Shown piece after piece: positions 30,547 through 40,317 of a DNA stretch of 64,000 nucleotides (its first letter is position 1; each line of letters opens with the position of its first letter). Origin of the DNA: Methanomethylovorans hollandica DSM 15978 (GTDB lineage Archaea; Halobacteriota; Methanosarcinia; Methanosarcinales; Methanosarcinaceae). The stretch is from the NCBI RefSeq assembly GCF_000328665.1, contig NC_019977.1, positions 2,286,011-2,350,010 of the forward strand, in the 5' to 3' direction. The position numbers and the translations under genes were made by a program. Below the pieces are notes generated by a model that was not told where the DNA came from, ran no database searches, and saw nothing but the letters and a program-made list of their open reading frames with translations.

Positions 30547-31968
30547 TTATTTGTTTAAGAGTAATGTATTTCCTAATGTAATCCTTCTTATGGTTTTTGT
30601 ATAAACCATCAATGGTTCTACAGTTCTGCTATTGGCAGTTACAGAGTTACCTTTTTTCAACTCTGCGAACAGGGGACCTGGAGGGACACCCAGTTCCCGG
30701 GCAACTTCAGGGTCAAACCTATCCTCTGTAATATATAATGTCATCTCTTCTGGGATGTATTTTATTTCATAATGCTCTTTTAGTATTTTAATGCATTCAT
30801 CTATAAGCATATCAGCTGAAGCTTTTTCTTTGCCCCGCTCACATATCAGTATACCTGGCAATGTTCCATTATCTCTTTCAATATAAACTACATCAGACCT
30901 GTCAAGTAAGTTTGTGAGTTTTTTCTTATCAGCAGACACAGCTTCAATAAAGATCTCTTCATCCATCCTAAATATTTGAATATCATCCGTGCTTATATTT
31001 TCTGCATTGTTGATCATCAGCCTGAATCCATCTGTTATCCTCAGGCGGCTCCCAGGACAAAACCTATCTGCAAGTATAAGCAGATGGGAATATATATGCC
31101 AGGGTAAATCATGTATATCCAGGATATCACTTTCCCGAAGCAATTGCAGACCAAGTTCTTTGACGATCTCAGTGATCTTTTCTTTATGCGCCGATGACAT
31201 TGCCCTGCGGTCAAAATATACAAAGTCAGCATTTGACTTCTCTGTAGCCTGCCGCACAAGTTCCAGATCCAGGTTATCAAGCTGATGGTTTGGAAAATTA
31301 TGTCCGAATGTTATATTGTTCTCAAGTAATATTTTGGACTGCCTCTTTGCATAGTGCCCGCCCCCAAAACCAATAGCAATTGGCATTTTATCTTCTTTCA
31401 TCTCCAGTATTGCCCTGGCAGCTATCTCTCCTGCTATCGGGTCTTCCCACTGTTCTTCTGCACTGCCGATCTCAGCATAGACCATGGGCAAACGAACATC
31501 TGTTGGTCCATGATGTGTGGACTCCATGGCAACTTCATAACCACTATTAATAGCCATTTTTTGCATGTTGAGCAAGATGGACCTCAAGGCAAAAGGTGCA
31601 GGGTAGGAAAATTCCCTGCTGTGTCCTCCGAATTTTGCATTGCCACTGTTCCCGGTATAATGGGCTGTAAGAACTCTGTTATCATCCTTACCCTTATGTT
31701 TTGAGGCAACTACAATGAGCCTGGTTTTCAATCCGCACGCTGCAAGTTTACGGTCGATGCCATCCTGGTATATATGATGTGCATCGATCTCCACAAGCCA
31801 GAATCCTTCGGATGAATAAGCGCATACAAGTTCCCCCCAGTCGTGACATGCCACTTTCACGGGAACCCATTCTCTCATTTTGAGAATATGTTCCTTGATG
31901 TTCTGGCTCGCCCTGTCCTTTGTGGAACATAGAATGGTTATTCTCGATTCGTTTCCTTTGCTGTTCAT
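30547..31968 (-). CDS. dtdA: D-aminoacyl-tRNA deacylase (DTD2) with C-terminal extension
   Basis: Motifs [19 protein letters not shown] and GFGGGHYA; upstream of ftsZ. Confidence 0.88.
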   Translation of the reverse strand: MNSKGNESRITILCSTKDRASQNIKEHILKMREWVPVKVACHDWGELVCAYSSEGFWLVEIDAHHIYQDGIDRKLAACGLKTRLIVVASKHKGKDDNRVLTAHYTGNSGNAKFGGHSREFSYPAPFALRSILLNMQKMAINSGYEVAMESTHHGPTDVRLPMVYAEIGSAEEQWEDPIAGEIAARAILEMKEDKMPIAIGFGGGHYAKRQSKILLENNITFGHNFPNHQLDNLDLELVRQATEKSNADFVYFDRRAMSSAHKEKITEIVKELGLQLLRESDILDIHDLPWHIYSHLLILADRFCPGSRLRITDGFRLMINNAENISTDDIQIFRMDEEIFIEAVSADKKKLTNLLDRSDVVYIERDNGTLPGILICERGKEKASADMLIDECIKILKEHYEIKYIPEEMTLYITEDRFDPEVARELGVPPGPLFAELKKGNSVTANSRTVEPLMVYTKTIRRITLGNTLLLNK

Positions 31969-31985
31969 CTGTTTTCATCCCTGTT

Positions 31986-32500
31986 TTAGATCATCTTGAT
32001 CATATCGAAAACCCATCTGCTCACACCAGGAGCCACATTGCCGCACCTGCGACAGTTCAGGACTTTCAATCCCTTTTTTTATAATCTCCTATGAGGCCTT
32101 CTATTTGATGTTGTTTCTTGAAAGTATAGAAATGCATCATACCTTCAGGCCTGATCACATCTGCTAGAATGTCGAGGAATTGGTCCATACCATAAGGTGT
32201 GGGGATTATGGCTCTGTGGAATTTATATTTCAGTGTCTAAGGAATGTCTATAGTATCAGCACATATAACTGAAAGGTTTTGCATGACCTTGTTCCGTGAT
32301 GTATTTTTTTGGAGCATGGAAATAGCTGCGTTATTTTTTTCAAATGCTACAATATCAGCACCCTTTGCACCCACATGCACAACAAACGGCCCTACGCTAC
32401 AAAAAGGTATAATCACTTTTTCACCATTTTGCACCATACTGGTTATCCTGGCTATTTCGTGCGATAATCTGTTATTAAAGAAAACTTCTTGAAGTTCCTT
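31986..32500 (-). pseudogene. Trm5/TYW2 (Met-10+)-like tRNA methyltransferase remnant
   Basis: VFFNNRLSHE..PFCSVGPF..HRAIIPTPYG..HFYTF..RRCGNVAPGVSRWVFD. The 5' part is missing, there is an in-frame TAG at 32237-39, and a frameshift at the A7 run (32074-80). Confidence 0.8.
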
Positions 32501-32502
32501 GA

Positions 32503-34137
32503 TCAGATATCACAGAAATTATTGTTCAGCTTTTCCGTGAGCTTCATATTTTCCGAATAATCCACTCTAACGTCCATGAGCCACACTCCACCTGCTTTTA
32601 GTGCATTTTCAAGCTGTGGACTGAAGTCTTCTGCTTTTTCTATACGTATTCCATGTGCTCCAAAGCTCTCTGCAAGTTTGACAAAGTCCGGGTTCAGGAA
32701 GTCGATACCGAAGCTGGCATCGAACTTTTTCTTTTCGTGCCACTCTATAAGTCCGAATTTAGCGTCATCGAATATCACTATAACTATGTCACATCCGAGA
32801 CGTACTGCGGTCTCCAGTTCCTGAACATTCATAAGAAACCCGCCGTCTCCGGCTATAGTCACCACCTTACGTTCCGGCCTCAGTAACTTTGCTGCAATAG
32901 CTCCGGGAAGTGCAAATCCCATAGATGCCAGGCCGTTTGATATCTGTACCGTATTGGGTTCATATGCTGGGTAAAGGCGTCCTATCCAGAGCTTGTGAGC
33001 GCCCACGTCGCTGATGATAATATCTTCCCTGTCCAATGCCTGTCTTATGTCGTATATAATCTTCTGGGGTTTCATGGGAAAGGATGTGTCATCCTTGAAC
33101 TCAAGGAGTTCCTTCTCCATGTTCTTCCGTACCTTTGAGAAGTATTCCGGCATTTCCCTTCTCTTGCAGAATGGTAGAAGGTGTTTCAGAGAGATGCGGA
33201 TATTCCCTACAAGTGACAGGTCGGGAATATATTTTTCATCCACTTCGTGCTGGTCAGAGTGGATGTGTATTATATTTTTGGACCCATCCGGGTTCCAGAA
33301 CCTGGGACTATATTCTACGTGATCGAATCCGATGCATATGACCAGATCCGCTCTCGCAAAACCGCACATTATATGGTCCCTGTCCTTGACACCCATGGAC
33401 CCCATGTAATGTTCATCGTCAGCCGGAAATGCACCTTTACCCATGAAAGTTGTAACTACCGGGATCCCCGTGCTTCTCACGAATTTACGCAATTCTTCCG
33501 ATGCATCTTCCCTTATTACTCCATTGCCAGCCAGGATAACAGGCATCTCAGCAGCCTCTATCAGCTTAGCTGAACGCTGCAGTTCATCTTCATCAGGCAT
33601 ACGTATGCGAGAAGATGGTTTCTTCACAAGAGGTACTTTGTTAGTTTGTTCTGCAGCAATGTCCTCAGGCAGCTCGATATGTGTTGCTCCGGGCCTGTCC
33701 CTGGCGATCTCAAAAGCTTTGCTCACTATCTCAGGAATGAAATCTGCCCGGGTCACACTGGAGTTCCATTTAGTAAATTGACGGAAAGCTTCCACTATGT
33801 TCAGGTATTGATGAGCCTCCTTGTGGGTCTTTTCAAGTCCTGCCTGTCCGGTAATAGCTACTAAAGGTGCTCTGTCCAGATGCGCATCCGCCACACCTGT
33901 AATAAGATTGGTTGCCCCCGGACCCAGGGTTGAAAGACACACTCCAGGCCGATGGGTCAGCCTGCCATATACATCGGCCATGAAGGCTGCGGATTGTTCA
34001 TGCCGTGTTACTATGAACTTTATTTTGGATCTGGAAAGGGAATCGGTCAGGTCCAGGGTCTCCTCACCCGGTATCCCAAAAATGTAGTCCACACCCTCAT
34101 TCTCCAGACATTGTACCAGGAGGTCACTAGCTTTCAT
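32503..34137 (-). CDS. ThDP-dependent enzyme (acetolactate synthase-like; candidate 2-oxoglutarate decarboxylase)
   Basis: Motifs FGIPGEE, RHEQ, TLGPGATN, SDVGAHK and GDGGF. No small subunit nearby; adjacent to SSADH-like genes. Confidence 0.85.
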   Translation of the reverse strand: MKASDLLVQCLENEGVDYIFGIPGEETLDLTDSLSRSKIKFIVTRHEQSAAFMADVYGRLTHRPGVCLSTLGPGATNLITGVADAHLDRAPLVAITGQAGLEKTHKEAHQYLNIVEAFRQFTKWNSSVTRADFIPEIVSKAFEIARDRPGATHIELPEDIAAEQTNKVPLVKKPSSRIRMPDEDELQRSAKLIEAAEMPVILAGNGVIREDASEELRKFVRSTGIPVVTTFMGKGAFPADDEHYMGSMGVKDRDHIMCGFARADLVICIGFDHVEYSPRFWNPDGSKNIIHIHSDQHEVDEKYIPDLSLVGNIRISLKHLLPFCKRREMPEYFSKVRKNMEKELLEFKDDTSFPMKPQKIIYDIRQALDREDIIISDVGAHKLWIGRLYPAYEPNTVQISNGLASMGFALPGAIAAKLLRPERKVVTIAGDGGFLMNVQELETAVRLGCDIVIVIFDDAKFGLIEWHEKKKFDASFGIDFLNPDFVKLAESFGAHGIRIEKAEDFSPQLENALKAGGVWLMDVRVDYSENMKLTEKLNNNFCDI

Positions 34138-34139
34138 TT

Positions 34140-35507
34140 TCAGAACACCTTCATCGATTTTGCTCCTAAGAATTCATACATGCCTATCCTGTGCAATTCC
34201 CTGCCAAACCCGCTTTTCTTGAAGCCTCCAAGTGGCAGACGGGAATCTGAGGATACGCCATTGTTAATGGCTATGAGCCCAGCTTCGATTTCCCTTGAAA
34301 ACCTTATGGCTCTTTCACGGTCCTTGCTCCATATACTTGCGCCCAGGCCGAATTCCGTGCTATTGGCTATCTTTATAGCATCATCTTCGTTCCTGAATGT
34401 TACTATGGGTGCAACAGGTCCGAAAGTCTCCTCGGTAAGTACAGGTGCACCTTCGGTTATGTTACCAAGCACCACCGGGTAGAAGAAACTGCCTTTTCCT
34501 TCCTGCTTTCCACCATCAAGCAGTATATCTGCTCCGGCTTTAATTGTCCTGTTAATCTGATCCTGCACAAAGTCCGCCTGTTCGGAGTTAACAAGGGGTC
34601 CCATATCGTTGTTTGGGTCAAGAGGGTCACCTATCTTCAAGTCTTGGACATGCTCCAGGAACCTTGAAGTAAAGTCTTCAGCAATAGTTGCATCTACAAT
34701 GAACCTCTTGGCTGCGGTACATCTCTGTCCGGCATTCTGGAATCTGCTCAAAACTCCTACCTTTGCAGCTTTTTCAATATCTGCATCCTCCAGTACAATG
34801 AACGGATCACTGCCACCCAGCTCCAATATGCACTTCTTGATACTGCCACCTGCAGCCGCAGCCACCTTCTCCCCTGCCTGTCGACCTCCTGTAAAGGACA
34901 CGGCATTGATCTCATTTCTGGGTATAAGGGACAATGCAGTGGGTCCATCTACCAACAGGGTCTGGTAGACACCTTCAGGTAACTCTGCTTCCTTGAATAT
35001 ACTTTCTATTGCAAGGGCACATTTTGGAACATAACTTGCATGTTTGAGCAATATCACATTGCCACCTGCCAGTGCAGGAGCAGCAAAACGTAATGCCTGC
35101 CAGAACGGTGCATTCCATGGCATGATACTTAGGATAGTTCCCAGAGGTTCGAGCACGATACCAGATGCATCTGCCTCGGTTTCCACAAATTCCGGCGTGA
35201 GAAATGTCTCGGCCTGCTCTGAAAAGTAATCAAAGACCTTTGCGCATTTTTCGATCTCATCCAGGGATTCTCTGATGGGTTTGCCCATTTCAATAGTGAT
35301 GGTCTGTGCAAGTTCCTGTGCCCTTTCCCGGAGTACTCCTGCTGCATTGTCAAGGTAGTATTCACGGTTAAAAATCTCAGTGTCCTTCCATCCTTTAAAG
35401 GCTATCCTTGATCTTTTTAAGGAATCTTCTACCATTTGCGGTGAATACAGTTCATATTCCCCATTTAGTTCCCCTGTAGCAGGATTTACAGATCTCATCA
35501 CTTTCAT
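34140..35507 (-). CDS. NAD(P)-dependent succinate-semialdehyde dehydrogenase-like ALDH
   Basis: Motifs PWN, LKHA, LELGGSDP, NAGQRC, EETFGP and GGFKKSG. Confidence 0.9.
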   Translation of the reverse strand: MKVMRSVNPATGELNGEYELYSPQMVEDSLKRSRIAFKGWKDTEIFNREYYLDNAAGVLRERAQELAQTITIEMGKPIRESLDEIEKCAKVFDYFSEQAETFLTPEFVETEADASGIVLEPLGTILSIMPWNAPFWQALRFAAPALAGGNVILLKHASYVPKCALAIESIFKEAELPEGVYQTLLVDGPTALSLIPRNEINAVSFTGGRQAGEKVAAAAGGSIKKCILELGGSDPFIVLEDADIEKAAKVGVLSRFQNAGQRCTAAKRFIVDATIAEDFTSRFLEHVQDLKIGDPLDPNNDMGPLVNSEQADFVQDQINRTIKAGADILLDGGKQEGKGSFFYPVVLGNITEGAPVLTEETFGPVAPIVTFRNEDDAIKIANSTEFGLGASIWSKDRERAIRFSREIEAGLIAINNGVSSDSRLPLGGFKKSGFGRELHRIGMYEFLGAKSMKVF

Positions 35508-35629
35508 TATTTATCTCTCTCCTATAGATATATTCATCCGTTTTTAAAATTGGGTCTACTACATATTAAACCAATGCTATTTCTGGCACATGTTAGGAAA
35601 TACTCAGTTTGGATATTTCAATCCCATAT

Positions 35630-36997
35630 TCAATATATCTTTACTGCCTTCAGGTGCATGAACTCATAGAACCCGTGTTTTGCCATTTCTCTGCCCATTC
35701 CACTCTTTTTTATGCCTCCAAAAGGCATACATGCCTCTGGGCGGAAGAAAGCGTTAACAGCCACCATTCCCGTTTCAAGCTGTCTGGCAAGCAAAGCTCC
35801 TTTTTCCCTATCCTTTGTCCAGATGCTTGCACCCAGGCCGAACTGAGTACTGTTGGCAATACGGATGGCCTCCTGTTCGTTCCTGACGGTGATTATCGGT
35901 GCTACAGGCCCAAAGGTCTCTTCTGCCATCACTTTCATATCAAGGTTTACATTATCAAGTACCGTAGGGGAGTAGAAGAAGCCCTCTCTTTCCATCTTTC
36001 CTCCGGGAAGAAGTGGTCTTGCCCCTTTTGCGATAGCATCTTCCACCTGCTGTCCAAGGATAGATATTTGTTCTTCCCGCACCAGCGGCCCAATGTCTGT
36101 GTTCTTGTCCATTGGGTCTCCCAGTTTGAGCTGCTCTGTAAGCTCCACGAACTTACCGGTGAACTCTTCTGCTACTTCCTGTGCCACTATGAACCTCTTG
36201 GCTGCTATGCATGTTTGCCCTGTGTTGATGCACCGGCTGGGTACAGCCACAGTTGTCGCTTTTTCCACATCGGCATCAGCAAGCACTATGAATGGGTCAC
36301 TGCCTCCAAGTTCCAGTACGAACTTCTTCATATTGCGGGCTGCAAGCTCTGCAACCTTTTTTCCGGCAATATCCCCACCTGTAAAGGAAACTGCTTTGAT
36401 CTCATCCCTTGAGATGAGCGAGGAAGCTGTAGAACCATCTGTCAGCAGTGTCTGAAAAACACCGTCTGGAAATCCTGCTTCCAGGAAAAGTTCTTCCATC
36501 TTCAGGGCGCACATGGGCACATAGCTGGAATGCTTGAGCAGCACTACGTTGCCTGCCGCCAGTATATGAGAGGCTGCACTGAGCACCTGCCAGAAAGGGA
36601 AGTTCCAGGGCTTTATGGCCAGTACCGGCCCCATGGGTTCGTATGACACCATGGACTCAGAAGCATCCGTTTCTGCCTCTTCCGGCTGCATAAACTCCTC
36701 CGCATGCGCTGCAAAATAGTCGAACGTATCTGCACACTTAACAACCTCGGACACAGACTGTTTTATGACCTTACCCATCTCCAGTGTGATAAGTTCTCCA
36801 AGCTCCTGTTTTCTGCTGCGCAGCAGTTGCGAGAGATCACTTAAAAGTTTGCTGCGTGCGGACACGTCGAAATCTTTCCACTCATGAAAAACCGTATCAG
36901 CTTTCTTAAGAGCTGCATTTATTTGTTCATTTGAGTAAGGTTGAAATTGTCTGATAATTTTTCCTGTGGTTGGATTGATGGATGAGATGAGGGTCAT
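35630..36997 (-). CDS. Second SSADH-like ALDH (tandem paralog)
   Basis: Motifs PWNFP, LELGGSDP, NTGQTC and EETFGP. Same 455-aa length as its neighbour. Confidence 0.9.
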   Translation of the reverse strand: MTLISSINPTTGKIIRQFQPYSNEQINAALKKADTVFHEWKDFDVSARSKLLSDLSQLLRSRKQELGELITLEMGKVIKQSVSEVVKCADTFDYFAAHAEEFMQPEEAETDASESMVSYEPMGPVLAIKPWNFPFWQVLSAASHILAAGNVVLLKHSSYVPMCALKMEELFLEAGFPDGVFQTLLTDGSTASSLISRDEIKAVSFTGGDIAGKKVAELAARNMKKFVLELGGSDPFIVLADADVEKATTVAVPSRCINTGQTCIAAKRFIVAQEVAEEFTGKFVELTEQLKLGDPMDKNTDIGPLVREEQISILGQQVEDAIAKGARPLLPGGKMEREGFFYSPTVLDNVNLDMKVMAEETFGPVAPIITVRNEQEAIRIANSTQFGLGASIWTKDREKGALLARQLETGMVAVNAFFRPEACMPFGGIKKSGMGREMAKHGFYEFMHLKAVKIY

Positions 36998-37105
36998 GGT
37001 GAAACTCCTGTCAGATGATTGTTTCTTATGATAGAAAATGGTAATAGGTGGGGTATAAATGTAGTTGGGAATGTGAAGTTCTTATGTCCAATGAAAGAGA
37101 ATATT

Positions 37106-37540
37106 TTATCCCATCACTATCTGCACCACAGTCGGATATTTTTTCATGATCGTGTATGCAATGGACCTGCCAACCCATAACCTGCCCTGCTGCATGGTGC
37201 GCAGGCGGCTAATTTCTTCCAGAGTCTGTAATGCCTGCAATGCATGTGCATCGTTGAGATAGCAACTATCTGGTACATGGTTATCAAAAAAGAACAGTAT
37301 AGGCAGTTTCAGTTTATCGTGCAGATTTTTAGGTAGCTTTTCGCTGAGGTTCCTGAGCGTTGCTGTGTCAAAAAGGTGATCTTTACCCCCTTTTGTTCTT
37401 GCTGTGGGCTTTTCTTCCAGCAGAAGCTGAGCAAGGCTTTTTCTTTCGGATACGATGCCATCGTTCAGCTTATTCATCTCTGTTCTCATCCACCTCATGA
37501 GAACCGAATCATCAACTATTGGACTTTTGCTCAGCATCAT
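37106..37540 (-). CDS. DUF61-family archaeal protein
   Basis: RKSLAQLLLEEKP..H.FD..LKLPI pattern; GAGG RBS. Confidence 0.7.
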   Translation of the reverse strand: MMLSKSPIVDDSVLMRWMRTEMNKLNDGIVSERKSLAQLLLEEKPTARTKGGKDHLFDTATLRNLSEKLPKNLHDKLKLPILFFFDNHVPDSCYLNDAHALQALQTLEEISRLRTMQQGRLWVGRSIAYTIMKKYPTVVQIVMG

Positions 37541-37670
37541 ACCTCTTTTCTTTTTTATACAATAGTTGTTTAGATCAATTTGTACTTACTGTTTTTGTAG
37601 CATCGTATTGTTTCTGGGGGGACAATGGTTTAAACAATGTGTGAGCCTTGTTACTACTAAGTAGATCCAC

Positions 37671-37988
37671 ATGTCCACACTATCCCCTCTTTATGACGAA
37701 AAGCTTCAGCAGATCAAGGCCATCTTGCTGGAAACATTTGCAGGAGAGGATGTCAGAATAATTCGTATTGACCTTGATAAGCGAGGATATTCTCATAATT
37801 CAACTGAGATCGCCATAGGGATACTTTCACGGTCCCAGGGCGACAGGAAAAAGCTGATCGATTCTATGGAAAAAATAGGGAAAATAAATTTTCCATACAC
37901 TATGGATCTCATAGACCTTTCGAGAGTTTCTGAAAGCCTCAGGGCTCAATTGCTGGAAGACGGTGAAGTCTGGAAAGACTGGAAATGA
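37671..37988 (+). CDS. Minimal nucleotidyltransferase (MNT)-like protein with a degenerate active site
   Basis: The C-terminus PYTMDLIDLSRVSESLRAQLLEDGEVW is typical of MNTs. The GS and DxD motifs are replaced. Confidence 0.6.
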   Translation: MSTLSPLYDEKLQQIKAILLETFAGEDVRIIRIDLDKRGYSHNSTEIAIGILSRSQGDRKKLIDSMEKIGKINFPYTMDLIDLSRVSESLRAQLLEDGEVWKDWK

Positions 37989-38030
37989 TCACTAAGAAGT
38001 TATATTAAATTGCAGTCCTTCCTCTGGATT

Positions 38031-38549
38031 ATGAAATATCAAGGTCAAGAGTATGAAGCGAAAACATTCAAGGACATTGATCTTACAGGCACTTCTTTCA
38101 AAAGTTCAAAGTTCATTGACTGCACTTTTGAGAATTGCAACTTATAAAATGTGGATCTGAATGACACAAAGTTCAAGGATGACAGATTCAAGAAATGCAA
38201 AATACTGGGATTGGATTTTTCAAAATGCAACAAATTCATGCTCATTATCGGGTTTGAAGACTCTTTTATTTCCTATTCTGTTTTTTCCAACATGAATTTG
38301 GAAAATACGGATTTCATTAACTGTCAGATACATGATTGCGATTTTGTCAATACTAACCTTAAAAATGCGAATTTTGAAGGGTCTAATCTTAAGAATAGCA
38401 TCTTTCAAAATACTAACCTTAGCTTCACATCTTTCAGGAATGCAAGGAACTACAATATAGATCCAAATCATAATTTTCTGAAAAGAACGAAATTCTCTAC
38501 CCCAGAGGTTATCTCCCTTTTAAACATCTACGATATCGATATTGAATGA
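38031..38549 (+). pseudogene. Pentapeptide-repeat protein with a premature stop
   Basis: The ATG at 38031 is in frame with the 38151 ORF. A TAA at 38145-47 interrupts the repeats (...FENCNL*NVDLNDTKF...). Confidence 0.8.
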
Positions 38550-38689
38550 AAGGGCGATAGACCAAAGAAAGCAATGATCCGGCTTCCATCAAGATCTTCA
38601 TTATCGACACTACTCAGCTTTACGGACCATTGTCCTCCGGATGTGTCAAAAACTAGATATGTAGGTAATGAGAAATATGAACCAATTTA

Positions 38690-38920
38690 TATTGGCCCTT
38701 GGAAGGGTAGAGGACGGGCCGTGTTATGTGATCCCCACTTAGTGCCAACACAACCCACTATAAGTGTTCAGCACCTGCAACATTCACGCACGACCCATCG
38801 CTCTCTTTGTCCTTTGGGTCTAAATCCATTTATTCCCGGGTGGGTCCATAACAGTGCCATTCAAGCTTACGATGTTTCCCTGAGAAGGTAACATCAAAAT
38901 GTAGTAAGCTCATGGACTGT
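38690..38920 (-). ncRNA. Candidate multi-hairpin non-coding RNA (~230 nt)
   Basis: BRE/TATA-like GAAGACATATATG about 23 nt upstream, four consecutive stem-loops, and G-U pairs favouring the minus strand. Confidence 0.45.
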
Positions 38921-39078
38921 ATTATTTTCCCACAATATCATATATGTCTTCAAAGTTTATCAATCATTTGTTTTGTAGACAGTGGTTGCATCTGCCCCTC
39001 GTTGAGATCGTACCATGAAGATCTCTACAGGCCCTAATTTCCAATAGTTATAAATTCATTAACCACAACCTCTTTACC

Positions 39079-40005
39079 ATGTACGACCTGATGGATACCG
39101 CAGAAAAGATCCGCACCATGGAGATACGGGGAGCCGGCAGGATAGCAGTCGCGGCTTCAGCAGCCCTTAGGGATCACGCACGGACGCTAAGTTCACTATC
39201 CGCTGAGGAGTTTGAGAAAAGCATCAACGAGGTTGCAAGGATACTTGTGGAGACCAGGCCTACAGCCGTATCCCTGCCCAATGCTGTGGCCCTCACAAAA
39301 AAGCATTCTTCAAGGAATGCCACCGAAGCAATTGCTGAAATAGTTGCCAATTCTGAAAGGTTCATAAAAAATGCCAATGAAGCACTGGATAAGATCGGCA
39401 GGGTAGGTGCCAGGCGTATCCGTGATGGGGATGTCATTATGACCCATTGTAATTCCCATGCAGCTATTGCCATCATCAAGACAGCCTTTAAGCAGGGCAA
39501 GAAGATATCTGTCATCGCCACCGAATCAAGACCCCGCAGACAAGGTTTCATCACTATCAGAGAACTGAACGATGCAGGTATTCCTACCACGCTCATCGTG
39601 GACTCGGCTGTGAGGCTAGTCATGAAAGACGTGGACCTGGTGATCGTTGGCGCTGATTCCATTGCCGTTAACGGTGCATTGGTCAATAAGATAGGTACTT
39701 CCCAGCTTGCACTGGCGGCCAGAGAAGCTCGCAAGAACGTCCTGGTTGCAGCCGAGACCTATAAATTCAGTCCTAATACCATTCTGGGTCAGATGGTGGA
39801 AATAGAGGACCGCTCAAGTAATGAGGTTATAGACCCTGATATGCTCAAAGAGATGCCCAACGTAAAAGTGCGCAATCCGGCATTTGATATCACACCACCA
39901 GAATACATTGACCTTATAATCACAGATGCTGGTGCTTTCCCGCCGGCAATGGCATACATGGTTATTAAAGAATACCTGGGGCTGGACCTGGTAGATCTGA
40001 AATAG
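39079..40005 (+). CDS. Ribose-1,5-bisphosphate isomerase (eIF2B-like)
   Basis: Motifs MEIRGAGRIA, TRPTAVSL, THCNS, ESRP, NKIGT and NPAFDITP. Ends in TAG. Confidence 0.92.
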   Translation: MYDLMDTAEKIRTMEIRGAGRIAVAASAALRDHARTLSSLSAEEFEKSINEVARILVETRPTAVSLPNAVALTKKHSSRNATEAIAEIVANSERFIKNANEALDKIGRVGARRIRDGDVIMTHCNSHAAIAIIKTAFKQGKKISVIATESRPRRQGFITIRELNDAGIPTTLIVDSAVRLVMKDVDLVIVGADSIAVNGALVNKIGTSQLALAAREARKNVLVAAETYKFSPNTILGQMVEIEDRSSNEVIDPDMLKEMPNVKVRNPAFDITPPEYIDLIITDAGAFPPAMAYMVIKEYLGLDLVDLK

Positions 40006-40038
40006 TTTTGTTTTCCTTATATGTGGTGAATACAGGAA

Positions 40039-40317
40039 TTATTTGTAATCCTTCCAGCTCCACCATTTAAGCAGTTGTGGGTCATGCTCTTCGTTCGATG
40101 CATAATACACTGCACATCTGAATACATAGAGCATGCATCTGTCTATTTTCATCCCGGTATTATCACATAGTTTCAGGTAGAGTTCTTCAGGGTCTTTTCC
40201 CTTCATACCTACCACGGAACGAATACCCAATTCCCAAAGATCCTCTGCGGTTTTTTTGCCGACTCCAGGAATAACCTGTAATTCCTTAAGGGTTCGGGTT
40301 TTGTTCTCATCCTTCAT
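40039..40317 (-). CDS. Helix-hairpin-helix (Cdd1-like) small protein
   Basis: LQVIPGVGKK, DRCMLYVFRCAVYYA and KWWSWKD. Confidence 0.85.
   Translation of the reverse strand: MKDENKTRTLKELQVIPGVGKKTAEDLWELGIRSVVGMKGKDPEELYLKLCDNTGMKIDRCMLYVFRCAVYYASNEEHDPQLLKWWSWKDYK

Noticed and set aside
32237..32239. In-frame TAG in the Trm5-like frame as a pyrrolysine codon
   Set aside because: The frame continues after the TAG, but the gene also lacks its 5' part and has a downstream frameshift, so simple decay is more parsimonious.
10605..38827. TTGGGTCT(G)AAATCCA shared by the two ncRNA candidates (10605 and 38814)
   Set aside because: A gapped 15-mer match is plausible by chance and the flanks do not align; worth rechecking only if both RNAs are confirmed.
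38574..38891. 105-aa + strand ORF
   Set aside because: No recognisable motif or RBS; the region is better explained by RNA structure.
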